Below, in pieces: positions 8,741 to 18,982 of a DNA stretch of 64,000 bases. Under the pieces are notes generated by a model that saw nothing but the letters and a program-made list of their open reading frames with translations, was not told where the DNA came from and made no database searches. The stretch covers positions 20,265 to 84,264 of the forward strand of contig JAFWBM010000031.1 in assembly GCA_017507105.1 (NCBI GenBank), written 5' to 3'. Made by a program: the position numbers and the translations under genes. Numbering within the stretch: the first letter of the stretch is position 1; every line of letters starts with the position of its first letter. The stretch is from Bacteroidaceae bacterium. GTDB taxonomy: Bacteria > Bacteroidota > Bacteroidia > Bacteroidales > Bacteroidaceae.

Positions 8741-10148
8741 TTATCCAACCACCGATAGTGATACTTTTACCCTTGCTGAATCCTCTCATGAAGATATCCT
8801 CTGATGCGGGGTAGTGCTTTGCATATTGTGAGATAAGTTTCTGAGCCTCTTCTTTTACAGTGGGGTCTACAGCCATAGCACGCTGCAACTTATCAACAAC
8901 TGCATAGAATGTACACTGATTCATTACATTGTCGCTGTGCCAATCGGGAGACGATGCGTAGCACTGTGCAATGAGGATGTAGGGGTCGCCGTACTTAGAG
9001 TTCAATGAGATAGCCTTGCGTGCATACTCGCGAGCCTTTGAATATTTCTTTAGGTGCAGATAGATAGCTCCAACCTTGTAGCACATATCAGCCTTGTTTG
9101 TGGTACTGGTCTCGAGTTCGATAGCCTGGTTGAAGAATTCCATAGCCTTGTCATAATCTTGTCTCTTGAAGTAACGGTAACCGCAACCCATTGCAGCCTT
9201 TGCTGTAGGCTCAATTGCAAGAGCATATTCTGCAGCTTTCATATAGGCCTCCTGCTCGGTACATTTAAGCATACCCATGAGCGAAATAACCTTGTTGAGG
9301 TATTCGATATTCTGCTTGTTCTCCTCAACCTTGGGCTCGTAGATAGTCTGAAGATCCTCACATTTTGCTGCACCGCAGTTGATGAAATAACCATCAATGT
9401 TTGTACGTCCGATACGTGCTGCATCTATCGCTTTGCTATACTGTTCAGCCTGGATACTGTCTTTGGGGTTCTTTATATCGGCATAGCGCTTTGTATAGAA
9501 CTCAATACGCTCGTTGTATTTATCGAGAACCTCTACGATGTAGACTGATGCATCAAGGTAGTCCTGGATAACCTGCTCACCATGACCTATAGGGTCTTTC
9601 TTGTACTTCTGTGCAGAAACTTTCATGAAGTTCTGTGTTACAAGGTACTCAGAGAGGCCTTTCTCCAAGCTTACTGATTTTGAAAGCATGTCGTATGCTT
9701 CGTCAAGTGATGCATTGGGGACGAAACGAATATAGTCGAGTGCTTTCTTTCCAAGTATTTTTCCTGTTGAAAGCGGACTCTTTGTAATCTGCTGAAGGTT
9801 GTCAATGTATTTAATCTGCTGGTCGTATACCGACATAAGCTCGTTGATGTAGTTGAGCTTCTTCTGCTCGTCAGCCTCCTTGCCGATAAGGGCCTTGAGG
9901 ATTTTCTCTCCATTTGTGTAGATGTCTACACGTGCAACGGGGTACTTTGTAAAGAGCTCTTTCCATGCCTCGTATGCTACAGCGAAGTCCTTGTTCTTTA
10001 CATTGATGTTACAGATACTGATTTTCTCAATACAGTTGATACTATCTTCACCAACACCGAAACGGTTGTTGTTGTCGATACCGTTAATTTGCGCCGATGC
10101 TCCGACTGAAGCAATCGCAAATAATAATACGAAAATGCTTTTCTTCAT
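8718..10148 (-). CDS. TPR repeat-containing secreted protein
   Basis: 476 aa with signal peptide MKKSIFVLLFAIASVGASAQ. TPR-like repeats include YDKAMEFFNQAIELE and YSKAREYARKAISLN. Confidence 0.75.
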   Translation of the reverse strand: MKKSIFVLLFAIASVGASAQINGIDNNNRFGVGEDSINCIEKISICNINVKNKDFAVAYEAWKELFTKYPVARVDIYTNGEKILKALIGKEADEQKKLNYINELMSVYDQQIKYIDNLQQITKSPLSTGKILGKKALDYIRFVPNASLDEAYDMLSKSVSLEKGLSEYLVTQNFMKVSAQKYKKDPIGHGEQVIQDYLDASVYIVEVLDKYNERIEFYTKRYADIKNPKDSIQAEQYSKAIDAARIGRTNIDGYFINCGAAKCEDLQTIYEPKVEENKQNIEYLNKVISLMGMLKCTEQEAYMKAAEYALAIEPTAKAAMGCGYRYFKRQDYDKAMEFFNQAIELETSTTNKADMCYKVGAIYLHLKKYSKAREYARKAISLNSKYGDPYILIAQCYASSPDWHSDNVMNQCTFYAVVDKLQRAMAVDPTVKEEAQKLISQYAKHYPASEDIFMRGFSKGKSITIGGWINETTTVR

Positions 10149-10171
10149 CTTTACAATTTATTTATGCGTTT

Positions 10172-11449
10172 TTAATCTACTTTCATCTTTGTGAACCAAC
10201 CTTCATTGAAGGTGATACCGATGCTTAGTCTCAAGTAATTCTCTGATATCATACCTGTGCTCTTGGGCTCCATATGTATGAATTGTCCCGAGATGTGTAG
10301 GTGTGATCGGTTATTGTGCTTGTTTATTATCGGAACCGAGATACCGGCACTTATACCATACTCGTCACATCCGTTCTTGCCGTTTATTTGTGTGTATGGC
10401 TGTGCGTAGTATGCTCCCAATCTGTAGGACATTGTCTTAAAGATGTTACCGTATAGTTTATTTGGTGAGTATTCTGCTCCTGCCGAGATTTTACTTCTGT
10501 TGACTCCCTTTCCGGTTTCGTTACCGAAAAAGTCGGATGTACTCCACTCCTGAAAAGTGTAATCGATTCCGAATTTCCAATTATTTCTTATGTTGTAAAT
10601 AGCTCCTAAACCTATGGTGTGGGGTAGCTTGAAACTGTTACTTATTCCCATAGTGTCTGAAGACTCGGCAATACCGCCCATAATTGTTTGCTCTATAACA
10701 GATGCATCGGCGTTAAGGTCATGCCCAAGAGAGTAAACGGCTCCAAATGTTATACTGTGCCCTTTCTTTAGCGGATGATGATATTGTACTCCGAAATCAA
10801 GCTTGTAGTTCGAGATATCCATCTTGTATTGTCTTGATACGCTACGAATGTTCGAATCATCGAATACTGCCGCTACGGTGTGTGTGATGTCGCCATAAAT
10901 GTATGATGCCATTACTCCAAAAGACAACTGATTAAAAGGTTGCCATCCTAAGGCTATGTATGGTTGGTATATACCACCGGTGCCATTATAGCTGTTTGTG
11001 CTGGATGCATTGAGATTGTCACCCGAGATTGTATTGCGGTTTCCAAAAGAATATCCTACATTTGAATAGGGCAGAAAACCAAAACTCATACCTAATCCCT
11101 TGTGCAACCTGAACTCCATTGCAATGTAATCAAAACTTGCATTATGTGCATTTATCTTCTTGCCTCCCTCTTTAAAGTTGCAATTCTGTAATGATAGGCC
11201 GGCTTCGAACAGCATGGTAAGAGTGTCTATCCTTGCAATGGATGCGGGGTTGACAAGATTTATGTATCTTGAATCTTGTAATGCATAGCCCAAGCCGCTC
11301 ATCTGACGGTTTACAGCAAGGCTTTGATCGGCCAACAAACCCAACCCGAAACGTGAGTATGGTGAGTTTATTCCGTTTCCTGCTATTGCACTAGCAACAA
11401 GAATCATTGTTGTGCAAAGTAAAAGTGCTCTTTTATTTTTCAATGCCAT
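10172..11449 (-). CDS. Outer-membrane beta-barrel protein of unknown function (FadL/porin-like)
   Basis: 425 aa with a signal peptide. The N-terminal SPYSRFGLGLL...MSGLGYAL resembles a FadL-type hatch. The sequence is Gly/Tyr/Phe-rich and alternating. Its ATG lies 1 nt after the coaX stop. Confidence 0.55.
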   Translation of the reverse strand: MALKNKRALLLCTTMILVASAIAGNGINSPYSRFGLGLLADQSLAVNRQMSGLGYALQDSRYINLVNPASIARIDTLTMLFEAGLSLQNCNFKEGGKKINAHNASFDYIAMEFRLHKGLGMSFGFLPYSNVGYSFGNRNTISGDNLNASSTNSYNGTGGIYQPYIALGWQPFNQLSFGVMASYIYGDITHTVAAVFDDSNIRSVSRQYKMDISNYKLDFGVQYHHPLKKGHSITFGAVYSLGHDLNADASVIEQTIMGGIAESSDTMGISNSFKLPHTIGLGAIYNIRNNWKFGIDYTFQEWSTSDFFGNETGKGVNRSKISAGAEYSPNKLYGNIFKTMSYRLGAYYAQPYTQINGKNGCDEYGISAGISVPIINKHNNRSHLHISGQFIHMEPKSTGMISENYLRLSIGITFNEGWFTKMKVD

Positions 11450-11450
11450 A

Positions 11451-12173
11451 TCAGCGTATGTACTCTAAAATATGATTAAGTCCCTTCGCAACAAGGAATC
11501 TGTCTGCAAAGATGCGACTTTTTATGTTATTAATCAATGTTTTTTCGTCTCCTCCCGTTAAAAAAATCAAAACATCGGGAAAAATCTCTTTTATTTTGTT
11601 TATATAACCATCAATTTCTTGACAAATGCCATTAATGACCCCACTACGTATGGCTGTCTCTGTATCGTAACCGAGTGAGGGTACCGGACCCTCTTTCTCA
11701 ATTAACGGTAGACGGCCGGTAAACTCATGTAAAGCTCTAAGGCGCATCTTGATTCCTGGTGATATATTTCCACCCTTGAAATTCCTCTCTGCGTCTACAA
11801 AGTCTACTGTGATAGCTGTTCCTGCATCAATAATCAGAAGATTCTTCGCAGGGGCTTCGTACATTGCACCTATTGCTGCTGCCAAGCGGTCACTGCCCAA
11901 TGTGTGCGGTGTCTTGTAATCAATGTTCAACGGTATAGGTGTATTACTGTTGAACCATACAACTTTGGGGCATGAACGATCTATTATATCTCTTTCATTG
12001 GCTGGTATATCAATGACCGAAGATATGATGATACTTTCTATGCCATATGATGTTACAAATTCTTGTACAAAACTATACGAACTATTGGGGCGACGTCCAT
12101 GCAGTATTATACCTGTGTCGCTGAATATATAGTATTTCGCACTATTGTTCCCAATGTCGATAATAAGATTCAA
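11451..12173 (-). CDS. coaX: Type III pantothenate kinase
   Basis: 240 aa. The N-terminus (M)NLIIDIGNNSAKY is the CoaX/ASKHA phosphate-1 motif. There is no in-frame ATG, so the apparent start codon is TTG. Confidence 0.85.
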   Translation of the reverse strand: MNLIIDIGNNSAKYYIFSDTGIILHGRRPNSSYSFVQEFVTSYGIESIIISSVIDIPANERDIIDRSCPKVVWFNSNTPIPLNIDYKTPHTLGSDRLAAAIGAMYEAPAKNLLIIDAGTAITVDFVDAERNFKGGNISPGIKMRLRALHEFTGRLPLIEKEGPVPSLGYDTETAIRSGVINGICQEIDGYINKIKEIFPDVLIFLTGGDEKTLINNIKSRIFADRFLVAKGLNHILEYIR

Positions 12174-12493
12174 TGTATCGGAATTTGCAAAAATCGTTGC
12201 AAAGATAACTTAAAAATATTGTAATAGTGAGGTTTTGAAAGTAAAATTTCATTGACTGCTCTCTATATTTAACTCTTAGGACGAAATTTTGTATATCAGC
12301 TGTTGATAATTTTTCAAACTACCGTAGCAGGATTAAGTAGAAAAGTATATATAAAGTGAAACGGGAATATTTTTCATGGAAATTTAAGTAAATTCCTAAT
12401 ATTGTTAGTAAATTTGCATTTTATTAAAGAGGAAGAAGTCTTGGCGCAACTATGCGGATGGCTTTTTCTGTTATTTTAGAAAAGCTCTATACG

Positions 12494-15400
12494 ATGAGGA
12501 AACTGTTGCCGATTCTCTTGTTTTTATTCTTTTCATTTGCAGTGGCTGCACAACACAAGAAGTATTGTGATAATCCTAGGGCTGTGATTGCACTTCTTGA
12601 ACGTATTGGTGGCGATGGTGCGGCCATGAGATTTGAGACGGTAGTGGATGAGTCACTTGCAACCGATGGAGATGATGTTTTTGTCATAACAAAGAAAGGG
12701 ACCAAACCTTGTATCAAGGGTAATTCGATATTATCGGTAACGACTGGTATCAATTGGTATCTAAATCATTATGCTCATATAAATCTGACATGGAACAATA
12801 TGACCACAGATTTATCTAAAGCTAATCTTCCTCTTCCATCTACAGAAGAGTGGCATTTCTGTAATGCGAAATATAGATATAATTTCAACTATTGTACATT
12901 CTCATATTCTACTGCCTTTTGGACATGGGAGCGATGGCAACAGGAGATTGATTGGATGGCTCTGCATGGTATTAATATGCCATTGCAACTTGTGGGGCTC
13001 GAGGTCTTGTGGCGTAATGTGCTTAAGGATAAGAGAATAGGGTATAGCGATAGTGAAGTGTCGGAGTTTATAGCCGGTCCGGGTTTTATGGCTTGGTTTG
13101 CTATGAATAACCTTGAGGGATGGGGTGGCAGTGTTGTTGCCGATGATGTAAAGATGAATGGAAATCCCGAGTGGTGGTATGAGCGTCAAGAGAAACTTTG
13201 CCGTAAAATGTTGACTCGAATGCGTGAACTTGGTATGAAACCGGTGTTGCCCGGGTATTGTGGAATGGTTCCCAACAGTATGACAACAAAGCGTATTGGC
13301 GGTATTTCTTGTGATGATATTATAGATAGCGGTACATGGGCAGGAGGATATACACGTCCCGATATAATAAAGCCACGTACCGGCAGTTTCAATAGAATGG
13401 CAGAGATATATTACGAGCATCTTGAGAAACTTATGGGCATTTCGGAATTTTACAGTATGGATCCATTTCACGAAGGAGGTGTCCCTGTAGATAGAGTATC
13501 TCTTTTCGACTGTTATATAGGAGTGATGGAGTCTCTCGACTCATACTTCCATTCTTTATCACGAAAAAAAAGAAAGGCGGCAGAGTTTGATAAGGCAAAA
13601 TGGATTGTGCAGTATTGGCAGGGATTGCCTGCGCAGGCTGCTTTTGAGATTATGGGTGCTGATTATGCCCATCGTTTCATTGCGCTCGATCTTTTTGCCG
13701 ATGCACAAGGAAAAGCCAAGTGGAATAGTGATTATTTCTCGGGATGCGATTATATATTCTGTATGTTGCATAATTTCGGTGGGCGTACAGGTATGCATGG
13801 GCGTTTGGAGAGTACATTGGTGGATTATTTCAACGCATTAGTCAAAGGGAATGGCATGTGCGGAGTGGGTGCAACTCCCGAGGGGATAGAGACAAACCCG
13901 ATTCTTTATGACTTGCTATTTGAACTACCTTGGATTGACAAGGATTCTATCCCTGATATAAATGAGTGGATTAAAGATTATACACATGCACGATACGGTA
14001 TAAAAAGTGATATTGCAACCGAAGCTTTTATAAAACTTAAGGAGACGGTATGGGGATGTAGCACCGATCAGCAAGGATGCTCCGAAGCTGTGATACTTGC
14101 TCGTCCGTCGTGGAATGTAGATAGGGTGTCATCGTGGAGTACATCGCATATCTATTGGGATACGCAAAAACTGTTACAAGCAGTCAAGAAACTTATATCA
14201 ATAAAAGATTCTGTAACGACTGCCGATGGAGTTGATAACTTTTGTTACGATATTATAGAGGTCGTACGTCAGGCATTGGTAGATTATGCCTATTATATTC
14301 TTCCCGAGATTAAGAGGAACAAAGATTGTGATAATCTTACAGAATATAGAAGACTATACAGCCTTTATTTGCAGTTGATGCTCGACTTGGATGAATTGTT
14401 ATCATATGATATGTCATTCAGACTTGATAATAGGGCTGCGATGGCACGTAATATAGCAGACGAGGTTGAAACAACTACACTGAATGATAGGCGATGGTTG
14501 GAATGGAATCTGCGTACCCAGGTTACTGTGTGGTCGGGCAGCGAGAGTAATCTGAATGATTATTCTAACCGTTGCTGGGCAGGATTGATAAAGGACTTTC
14601 ATTATGCCCGTTGGCGACACTTCTTTGAAAATAATGGCGTTGCACCTAATGGCGGATGGTATGACTCCTTCGAATATCCTTGGACGGTGGACTTTACCCG
14701 ATATAATTACTCATCACCGGTATTGCCGACAGATAAATCTCCAATAGATAAGGCTGTGGAAATTTTTAATCGCTATTTTGGTTGTTTTACGACGGCTGAT
14801 GGTGTTACTGAGTATATCTTTCCTTTGGGTATAGATTGCAATACCGATGTTATTTGTAATGCTGAAAAGGGGAGTAGCTTTGTTCTTCCATTCTCTTATG
14901 CATCAACAGGAATATCTTATATATGGATTGATTACGATTCAAATCACTTGCAATGCGACAGCGAAATAATATTTATGGATGAGCATAATGCGGTAAATAT
15001 TCCATTTGATTGCTCTTCTGGTATAAAAGAGGCTGCTATAGTTCTTGGCAATGGTGTTAGTGTATCATTCGAAATGCTTGTGTTCGATAAAATAGATGAG
15101 ATACGCAGTGTATCGGTACACTCGGCAGGTAATGGAACAGTGTATATTTATGGTGGTGATTTGGCTGTTACGAACTCGATTCCGGTAAGAATGTCAGCCA
15201 CTCCTAATAGCGGATATAGTTTTGACTGTTGGATAGACGAAGATGGTAATAGGATAAGCGAGATTGCCGATTATATCTATTATGGAAGGGATAGTATATC
15301 CCTTACTGCAATGTTTGTGGTTGATAAGTGGGGTGTGCCTGATGAGGATATGACTGATATGAAGGATATAAAAGAGTATGCACAGTATGCCGACAAACTG

Positions 15401-16117
15401 TCAATATCTATTGTAAACCGTGAAGATATAACAATATACGAGGCACATACTCATCCCGAAAGATTATTCAATAGAGTATCGGGGGCGGTAGATGTTGCTC
15501 GCGGAGCCTCTTTTTCTATTTCGTGGAGTGATAATGATTTTGACGGCTTAAAGTATTGTTGCGCAACTTTATATGCTGATTATAATGCAGATGGTGATTT
15601 TGATGATGATGGAGAGTTGTTGAAGTGCATCGGTGACAGAAATAGTGTAAATCGCGAACTATCTGACGCTACAGCAAGGATTCTATTGCCTTATGATGCG
15701 GCTTTGGGTAACACGCGCTTAAGACTGCGTTTTGACGGGGCATGGAAAGATGAGGCTTACAATCCGGAAAACAAATCATACGCATCAAAGGCTACACTAA
15801 ACAGAATGTGTTATGATATAACAATGAACATAACAGAGTACTCCTCGGATGTCTCACAGATAAAGGTGGTAACCGAGAATGATGCGTGGGGTCGTGTGAC
15901 GGTTGAGACACATGAGACTCCCGGTGATACAGAATCTACTGAGATAATGGTTACACGTGCAGTTCCATTCACTATGCGTGCCTGCCCTACTGCAAATTAC
16001 GAGTTTGTTGCATGGAAAGATTGTTATGGACGTATTATCTCGACTGATGCCGTATGCACCATGTATGCTCCGGAAGATGGTACCTATACAGCAGTTTTCA
16101 GAAAACGTGGAGAGTGA
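12494..16117 (+). CDS. GH89 alpha-N-acetylglucosaminidase with C-terminal InlB-B-repeat-like and GEVED-like modules
   Basis: The ORF is open from 12452. I prefer the ATG at 12494 because it gives signal peptide MRKLLPILLFLFFSFAVAAQ. NAGLU-family motifs are present: WERWQQEIDWMALHGINMPL and GPGFMAWFAMNNLEGWGG. The C-terminus has SATPNSGYSFDCWIDEDGNRI and ACPTANYEFVAWKDCYGRII (B-repeat-like) flanking YADYNADGDFDDDGELL. Confidence 0.85.
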   Translation: MRKLLPILLFLFFSFAVAAQHKKYCDNPRAVIALLERIGGDGAAMRFETVVDESLATDGDDVFVITKKGTKPCIKGNSILSVTTGINWYLNHYAHINLTWNNMTTDLSKANLPLPSTEEWHFCNAKYRYNFNYCTFSYSTAFWTWERWQQEIDWMALHGINMPLQLVGLEVLWRNVLKDKRIGYSDSEVSEFIAGPGFMAWFAMNNLEGWGGSVVADDVKMNGNPEWWYERQEKLCRKMLTRMRELGMKPVLPGYCGMVPNSMTTKRIGGISCDDIIDSGTWAGGYTRPDIIKPRTGSFNRMAEIYYEHLEKLMGISEFYSMDPFHEGGVPVDRVSLFDCYIGVMESLDSYFHSLSRKKRKAAEFDKAKWIVQYWQGLPAQAAFEIMGADYAHRFIALDLFADAQGKAKWNSDYFSGCDYIFCMLHNFGGRTGMHGRLESTLVDYFNALVKGNGMCGVGATPEGIETNPILYDLLFELPWIDKDSIPDINEWIKDYTHARYGIKSDIATEAFIKLKETVWGCSTDQQGCSEAVILARPSWNVDRVSSWSTSHIYWDTQKLLQAVKKLISIKDSVTTADGVDNFCYDIIEVVRQALVDYAYYILPEIKRNKDCDNLTEYRRLYSLYLQLMLDLDELLSYDMSFRLDNRAAMARNIADEVETTTLNDRRWLEWNLRTQVTVWSGSESNLNDYSNRCWAGLIKDFHYARWRHFFENNGVAPNGGWYDSFEYPWTVDFTRYNYSSPVLPTDKSPIDKAVEIFNRYFGCFTTADGVTEYIFPLGIDCNTDVICNAEKGSSFVLPFSYASTGISYIWIDYDSNHLQCDSEIIFMDEHNAVNIPFDCSSGIKEAAIVLGNGVSVSFEMLVFDKIDEIRSVSVHSAGNGTVYIYGGDLAVTNSIPVRMSATPNSGYSFDCWIDEDGNRISEIADYIYYGRDSISLTAMFVVDKWGVPDEDMTDMKDIKEYAQYADKLSISIVNREDITIYEAHTHPERLFNRVSGAVDVARGASFSISWSDNDFDGLKYCCATLYADYNADGDFDDDGELLKCIGDRNSVNRELSDATARILLPYDAALGNTRLRLRFDGAWKDEAYNPENKSYASKATLNRMCYDITMNITEYSSDVSQIKVVTENDAWGRVTVETHETPGDTESTEIMVTRAVPFTMRACPTANYEFVAWKDCYGRIISTDAVCTMYAPEDGTYTAVFRKRGE

Positions 16118-16191
16118 TGTATGGTTATCTTTGCGGGAAACAGTGATTGTTAATATTTATAGTTAGATGAGAAAAACATATTAGATTGGTT

Positions 16192-17379
16192 ATGCGTACT
16201 TTGTCACGATATTTAGTGGCACTTTTTGCCGTTTTTACCCTTTCCATCTCCATTCATGCCGAGGATATGCGCAAAGTGAGCCTTCTTACCTGTTCACCGG
16301 GCGAGGAGGTATATTCTCTTTTCGGGCACACTGCTATACGAGTATATGATCCGGCAAAGGATATCGACTTTGTATTTAACTATGGTCTGTTCAGTTTCAA
16401 TGAGCCAAACTTTATATGGCGCTTTGTGCTTGGTGAGACTGATTACCTGCTGGGGGTCATGGATTTTGATTCATTTATGATAGAGTATGCTATGCGTGGC
16501 TCTGCTGTCACTGAACAGATTTTTTCGTTAGATTCCATACAAAAGAACAGGCTAATAGATGCTCTGTTTGTAAATGCGAATTTAAGGAATCGTAAGTATA
16601 GATATAATTTCCTATATAATAACTGCACCACTAAAGCGCGTGATAAGGTTTATGAGGTTGTGGTTCCGCATTATAATATTGTGTATAAACTCCCCTCTAT
16701 TGGTGATTCCCTTACTTTCCGTAAGATAATACACGTATACACAAGTGACTATCCTTGGTACGAGCTGGGAATGGACCTTTTGTTAGGTGCTAAAGCAGAT
16801 AGAGTAGCAACGCGTGGTGGTGCACAGTTCTCACCAATGATACTTAAGGAGGAGATTTCAACAGCTGTATTGCTTGATTCCATATCGGAACGTAATCTTA
16901 TTTCCCAGGAGGAGGAGCTTCTAGCTGCAGATACCAGATTACATTCCCATAGTAATCTTACTCCATTCAATGTGGCGCTTCTTTTATTGCTTTTTACCTT
17001 CGTGGTGATGTTGTGCGAGAGGCGTTCGAAGAAGAACTTTTTTATTTGGGATATATTGCTTATGACTTTACAGGGGAGTGCCGGAGTATTACTTCTCTTT
17101 ATGGTTCTCTTTTCAAAACACCCCGCTGTGGATGAAAATTGGTTACTTGTATGGCTTAATCCTTTACCACTCTTCATATTGCCAATACTTATATACAAGA
17201 TAAGACAGGGCAAGACTCCATATGTCATGTGGATTCAGGTCGTCATGGTCTCCTTGTTTATTGTTGCGTCACCATTTATGCCTCAGGCTTTTCCTCCGGC
17301 ACTCTATCCATGTGCTGTTGCACTTATAATACGTTCATTGTTTCACATATATAAAAAAGATATATGCGCTTTAGATTGA
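16192..17379 (+). CDS. DUF4105 (Lnb N-terminal periplasmic domain) membrane protein
   Basis: The track ORF starts at TTG 16186; an ATG at 16192 gives MRTLSRYLVALFAVFTLSISIHA. The hallmark LLTCSPGEEVYSLFGHTAIRV is present. The C-terminal half has several hydrophobic TM segments. Confidence 0.75.
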   Translation: MRTLSRYLVALFAVFTLSISIHAEDMRKVSLLTCSPGEEVYSLFGHTAIRVYDPAKDIDFVFNYGLFSFNEPNFIWRFVLGETDYLLGVMDFDSFMIEYAMRGSAVTEQIFSLDSIQKNRLIDALFVNANLRNRKYRYNFLYNNCTTKARDKVYEVVVPHYNIVYKLPSIGDSLTFRKIIHVYTSDYPWYELGMDLLLGAKADRVATRGGAQFSPMILKEEISTAVLLDSISERNLISQEEELLAADTRLHSHSNLTPFNVALLLLLFTFVVMLCERRSKKNFFIWDILLMTLQGSAGVLLLFMVLFSKHPAVDENWLLVWLNPLPLFILPILIYKIRQGKTPYVMWIQVVMVSLFIVASPFMPQAFPPALYPCAVALIIRSLFHIYKKDICALD

Positions 17380-18908
17380 TTCCATTATTGCTATTATTAA
17401 CTATTTCTCTTTTCTCACAAGAGAATAAACCCAATTCTACTCGACTTGTACTCGCTATAAATGTCGACCAATTGCGTACCGATTTTATATATGAGTTTTA
17501 TGGGTTATATGGGGAGAATGGCTTTAAACGACTTATGAATGAGGGTCGTCTATACTCGAATAGCTATTACGAGTTTGAGCATATAGACAGGGCGGCTGCG
17601 ACTGCTACCATTATGTCGGGTACCAATCCATATGTAAATGGTATAGTCGGCAGTCAGTGGCTCGACCGTTCATCGTTACGTCTTGTGAATTGCACTGATG
17701 ATAATAAGTATAAAGGTTATTATACCAATTATCCTGCATCACCGTCACGTTTGAGGTCTTTGACTCTTACCGATGAGATGAAACGTGCCACACGTGGAAA
17801 ATCACAGATATGCGCCATTGCTCCCGACTGCGATGTAGCTGTTATGTCAGGAGGGCATGCTGCCGATCTTGTGTTGTGGAAGAATGATGATACAGGGTAT
17901 TGGTGTAGTTCGTCTTACTATGGTAAGTTTCCATCGTGGGCTGCTTCTATGAATAAAAAGGTCGTAGGTCGCAGTAGCGAGTGGACTCCATTCTTTCCGA
18001 CTGAGATTTATAACAATTATGGAGATAAAGCACCCAAGGCATTTAAATATTCATTTGATGGTAAAAGTGACATACGCTCCTATAAAACAAGTGCATGTAT
18101 CAACAATGAGGTTACGGAGATGGCTCTTGCCTGCTTGAGGGATGGTAACATGGGACTTGACGATATACCAGACCTCTTGTCGGTTACCTACTATGCAGGA
18201 AACTATAATATGCAGCCAATGGACGAGAGACCAATTGAAGTGCAGGATATCTACCTGCGTCTGGATATGACTATTGCGGATTTGTTGGAGGCTATAGACC
18301 GACGTATCGGGCTAGATAATGTGATTGTCACATTATCGTCTACAGGATATGTTGTCGAGGGTGAGGATAGCGGTGAACGTTATCGACTACCTTCTGGATA
18401 TGTATATCTTGATCGTATATCTGCATTGCTTAATGTATATCTTGGTGCTATCTTTGGCAAGGGGCAATATATTGAGGGGTACCATAATTCGCAATTATAT
18501 ATGAATCGTCGTTTGATAGAAACCATGAAACTGGATAAGCTTGATGTAGTATCGCATGCAGTTGAGTTTCTGAAGTCGGTAGAAGGTGTTGAGGATGTCT
18601 TTACAATATACCGACTCGGCGGTCTTTTGAGCCCTGAATTACAATATGTTAAGAATGGTTATAATGCAAACTGTTCGGGTGATATATGGTTGAGGCTAAT
18701 GCCGGGGTGGAAGATGGGACGCGATGTGGCTTCTGCCTCTAATCTTGTACGTCGCAGTTCTGTGTTCTTCCCGATGATAATATGGGGTGCGGGTGTCAAG
18801 GCACACCATATAGATCAGATGACACCTGCTACTGTGATGGCAACCGAACTCGCAAGAATACTAAGAATAAGACGTCCCAATGACAATTGTCTGAGAATGT
18901 TCAAATAG
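17364..18908 (+). CDS. Alkaline phosphatase superfamily protein (nucleotide pyrophosphatase/phosphodiesterase-like)
   Basis: 514 aa with a signal peptide and the N-terminal metal-site-like LVLAINVDQLRTDF. It overlaps the DUF4105 gene by 16 nt. Confidence 0.65.
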   Translation: MRFRLIPLLLLLTISLFSQENKPNSTRLVLAINVDQLRTDFIYEFYGLYGENGFKRLMNEGRLYSNSYYEFEHIDRAAATATIMSGTNPYVNGIVGSQWLDRSSLRLVNCTDDNKYKGYYTNYPASPSRLRSLTLTDEMKRATRGKSQICAIAPDCDVAVMSGGHAADLVLWKNDDTGYWCSSSYYGKFPSWAASMNKKVVGRSSEWTPFFPTEIYNNYGDKAPKAFKYSFDGKSDIRSYKTSACINNEVTEMALACLRDGNMGLDDIPDLLSVTYYAGNYNMQPMDERPIEVQDIYLRLDMTIADLLEAIDRRIGLDNVIVTLSSTGYVVEGEDSGERYRLPSGYVYLDRISALLNVYLGAIFGKGQYIEGYHNSQLYMNRRLIETMKLDKLDVVSHAVEFLKSVEGVEDVFTIYRLGGLLSPELQYVKNGYNANCSGDIWLRLMPGWKMGRDVASASNLVRRSSVFFPMIIWGAGVKAHHIDQMTPATVMATELARILRIRRPNDNCLRMFK

Positions 18909-18924
18909 TCTCTACTTGGAAAAT

Positions 18925-18965
18925 AATAATAAAGGTTGAAGAAATGCTCTTCAACCTTTATTATT
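18925..18965. terminator. Bidirectional hairpin terminator between convergent genes
   Basis: 18-bp perfect arms AATAATAAAGGTTGAAGA / TCTTCAACCTTTATTATT with a 5-nt loop. It lies between the stop at 18908 (+) and the stop at 18983 (-). Confidence 0.75.
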
Positions 18966-18982
18966 GCTAATCTATTTAAGAA

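Noticed and set aside
10172-11449. Possibility that the 425-aa beta-barrel is a T9SS component (PorV/PorQ/PorP-like), given the T9SS cargo in the window.
   Set aside because: The N-terminal and overall sequence do not match what I remember of PorV or PorP/SprF motifs. Its operon context (coaX, TPR, lptC) points elsewhere. I leave it as unknown.
12902-13471. 189-aa minus-strand ORF, plus neighbouring 62-88-aa ORFs, inside the GH89 gene.
   Set aside because: They are antisense to a strongly supported GH89 coding frame. The translations are Cys/His/Thr-rich with no domain signature or plausible start context.
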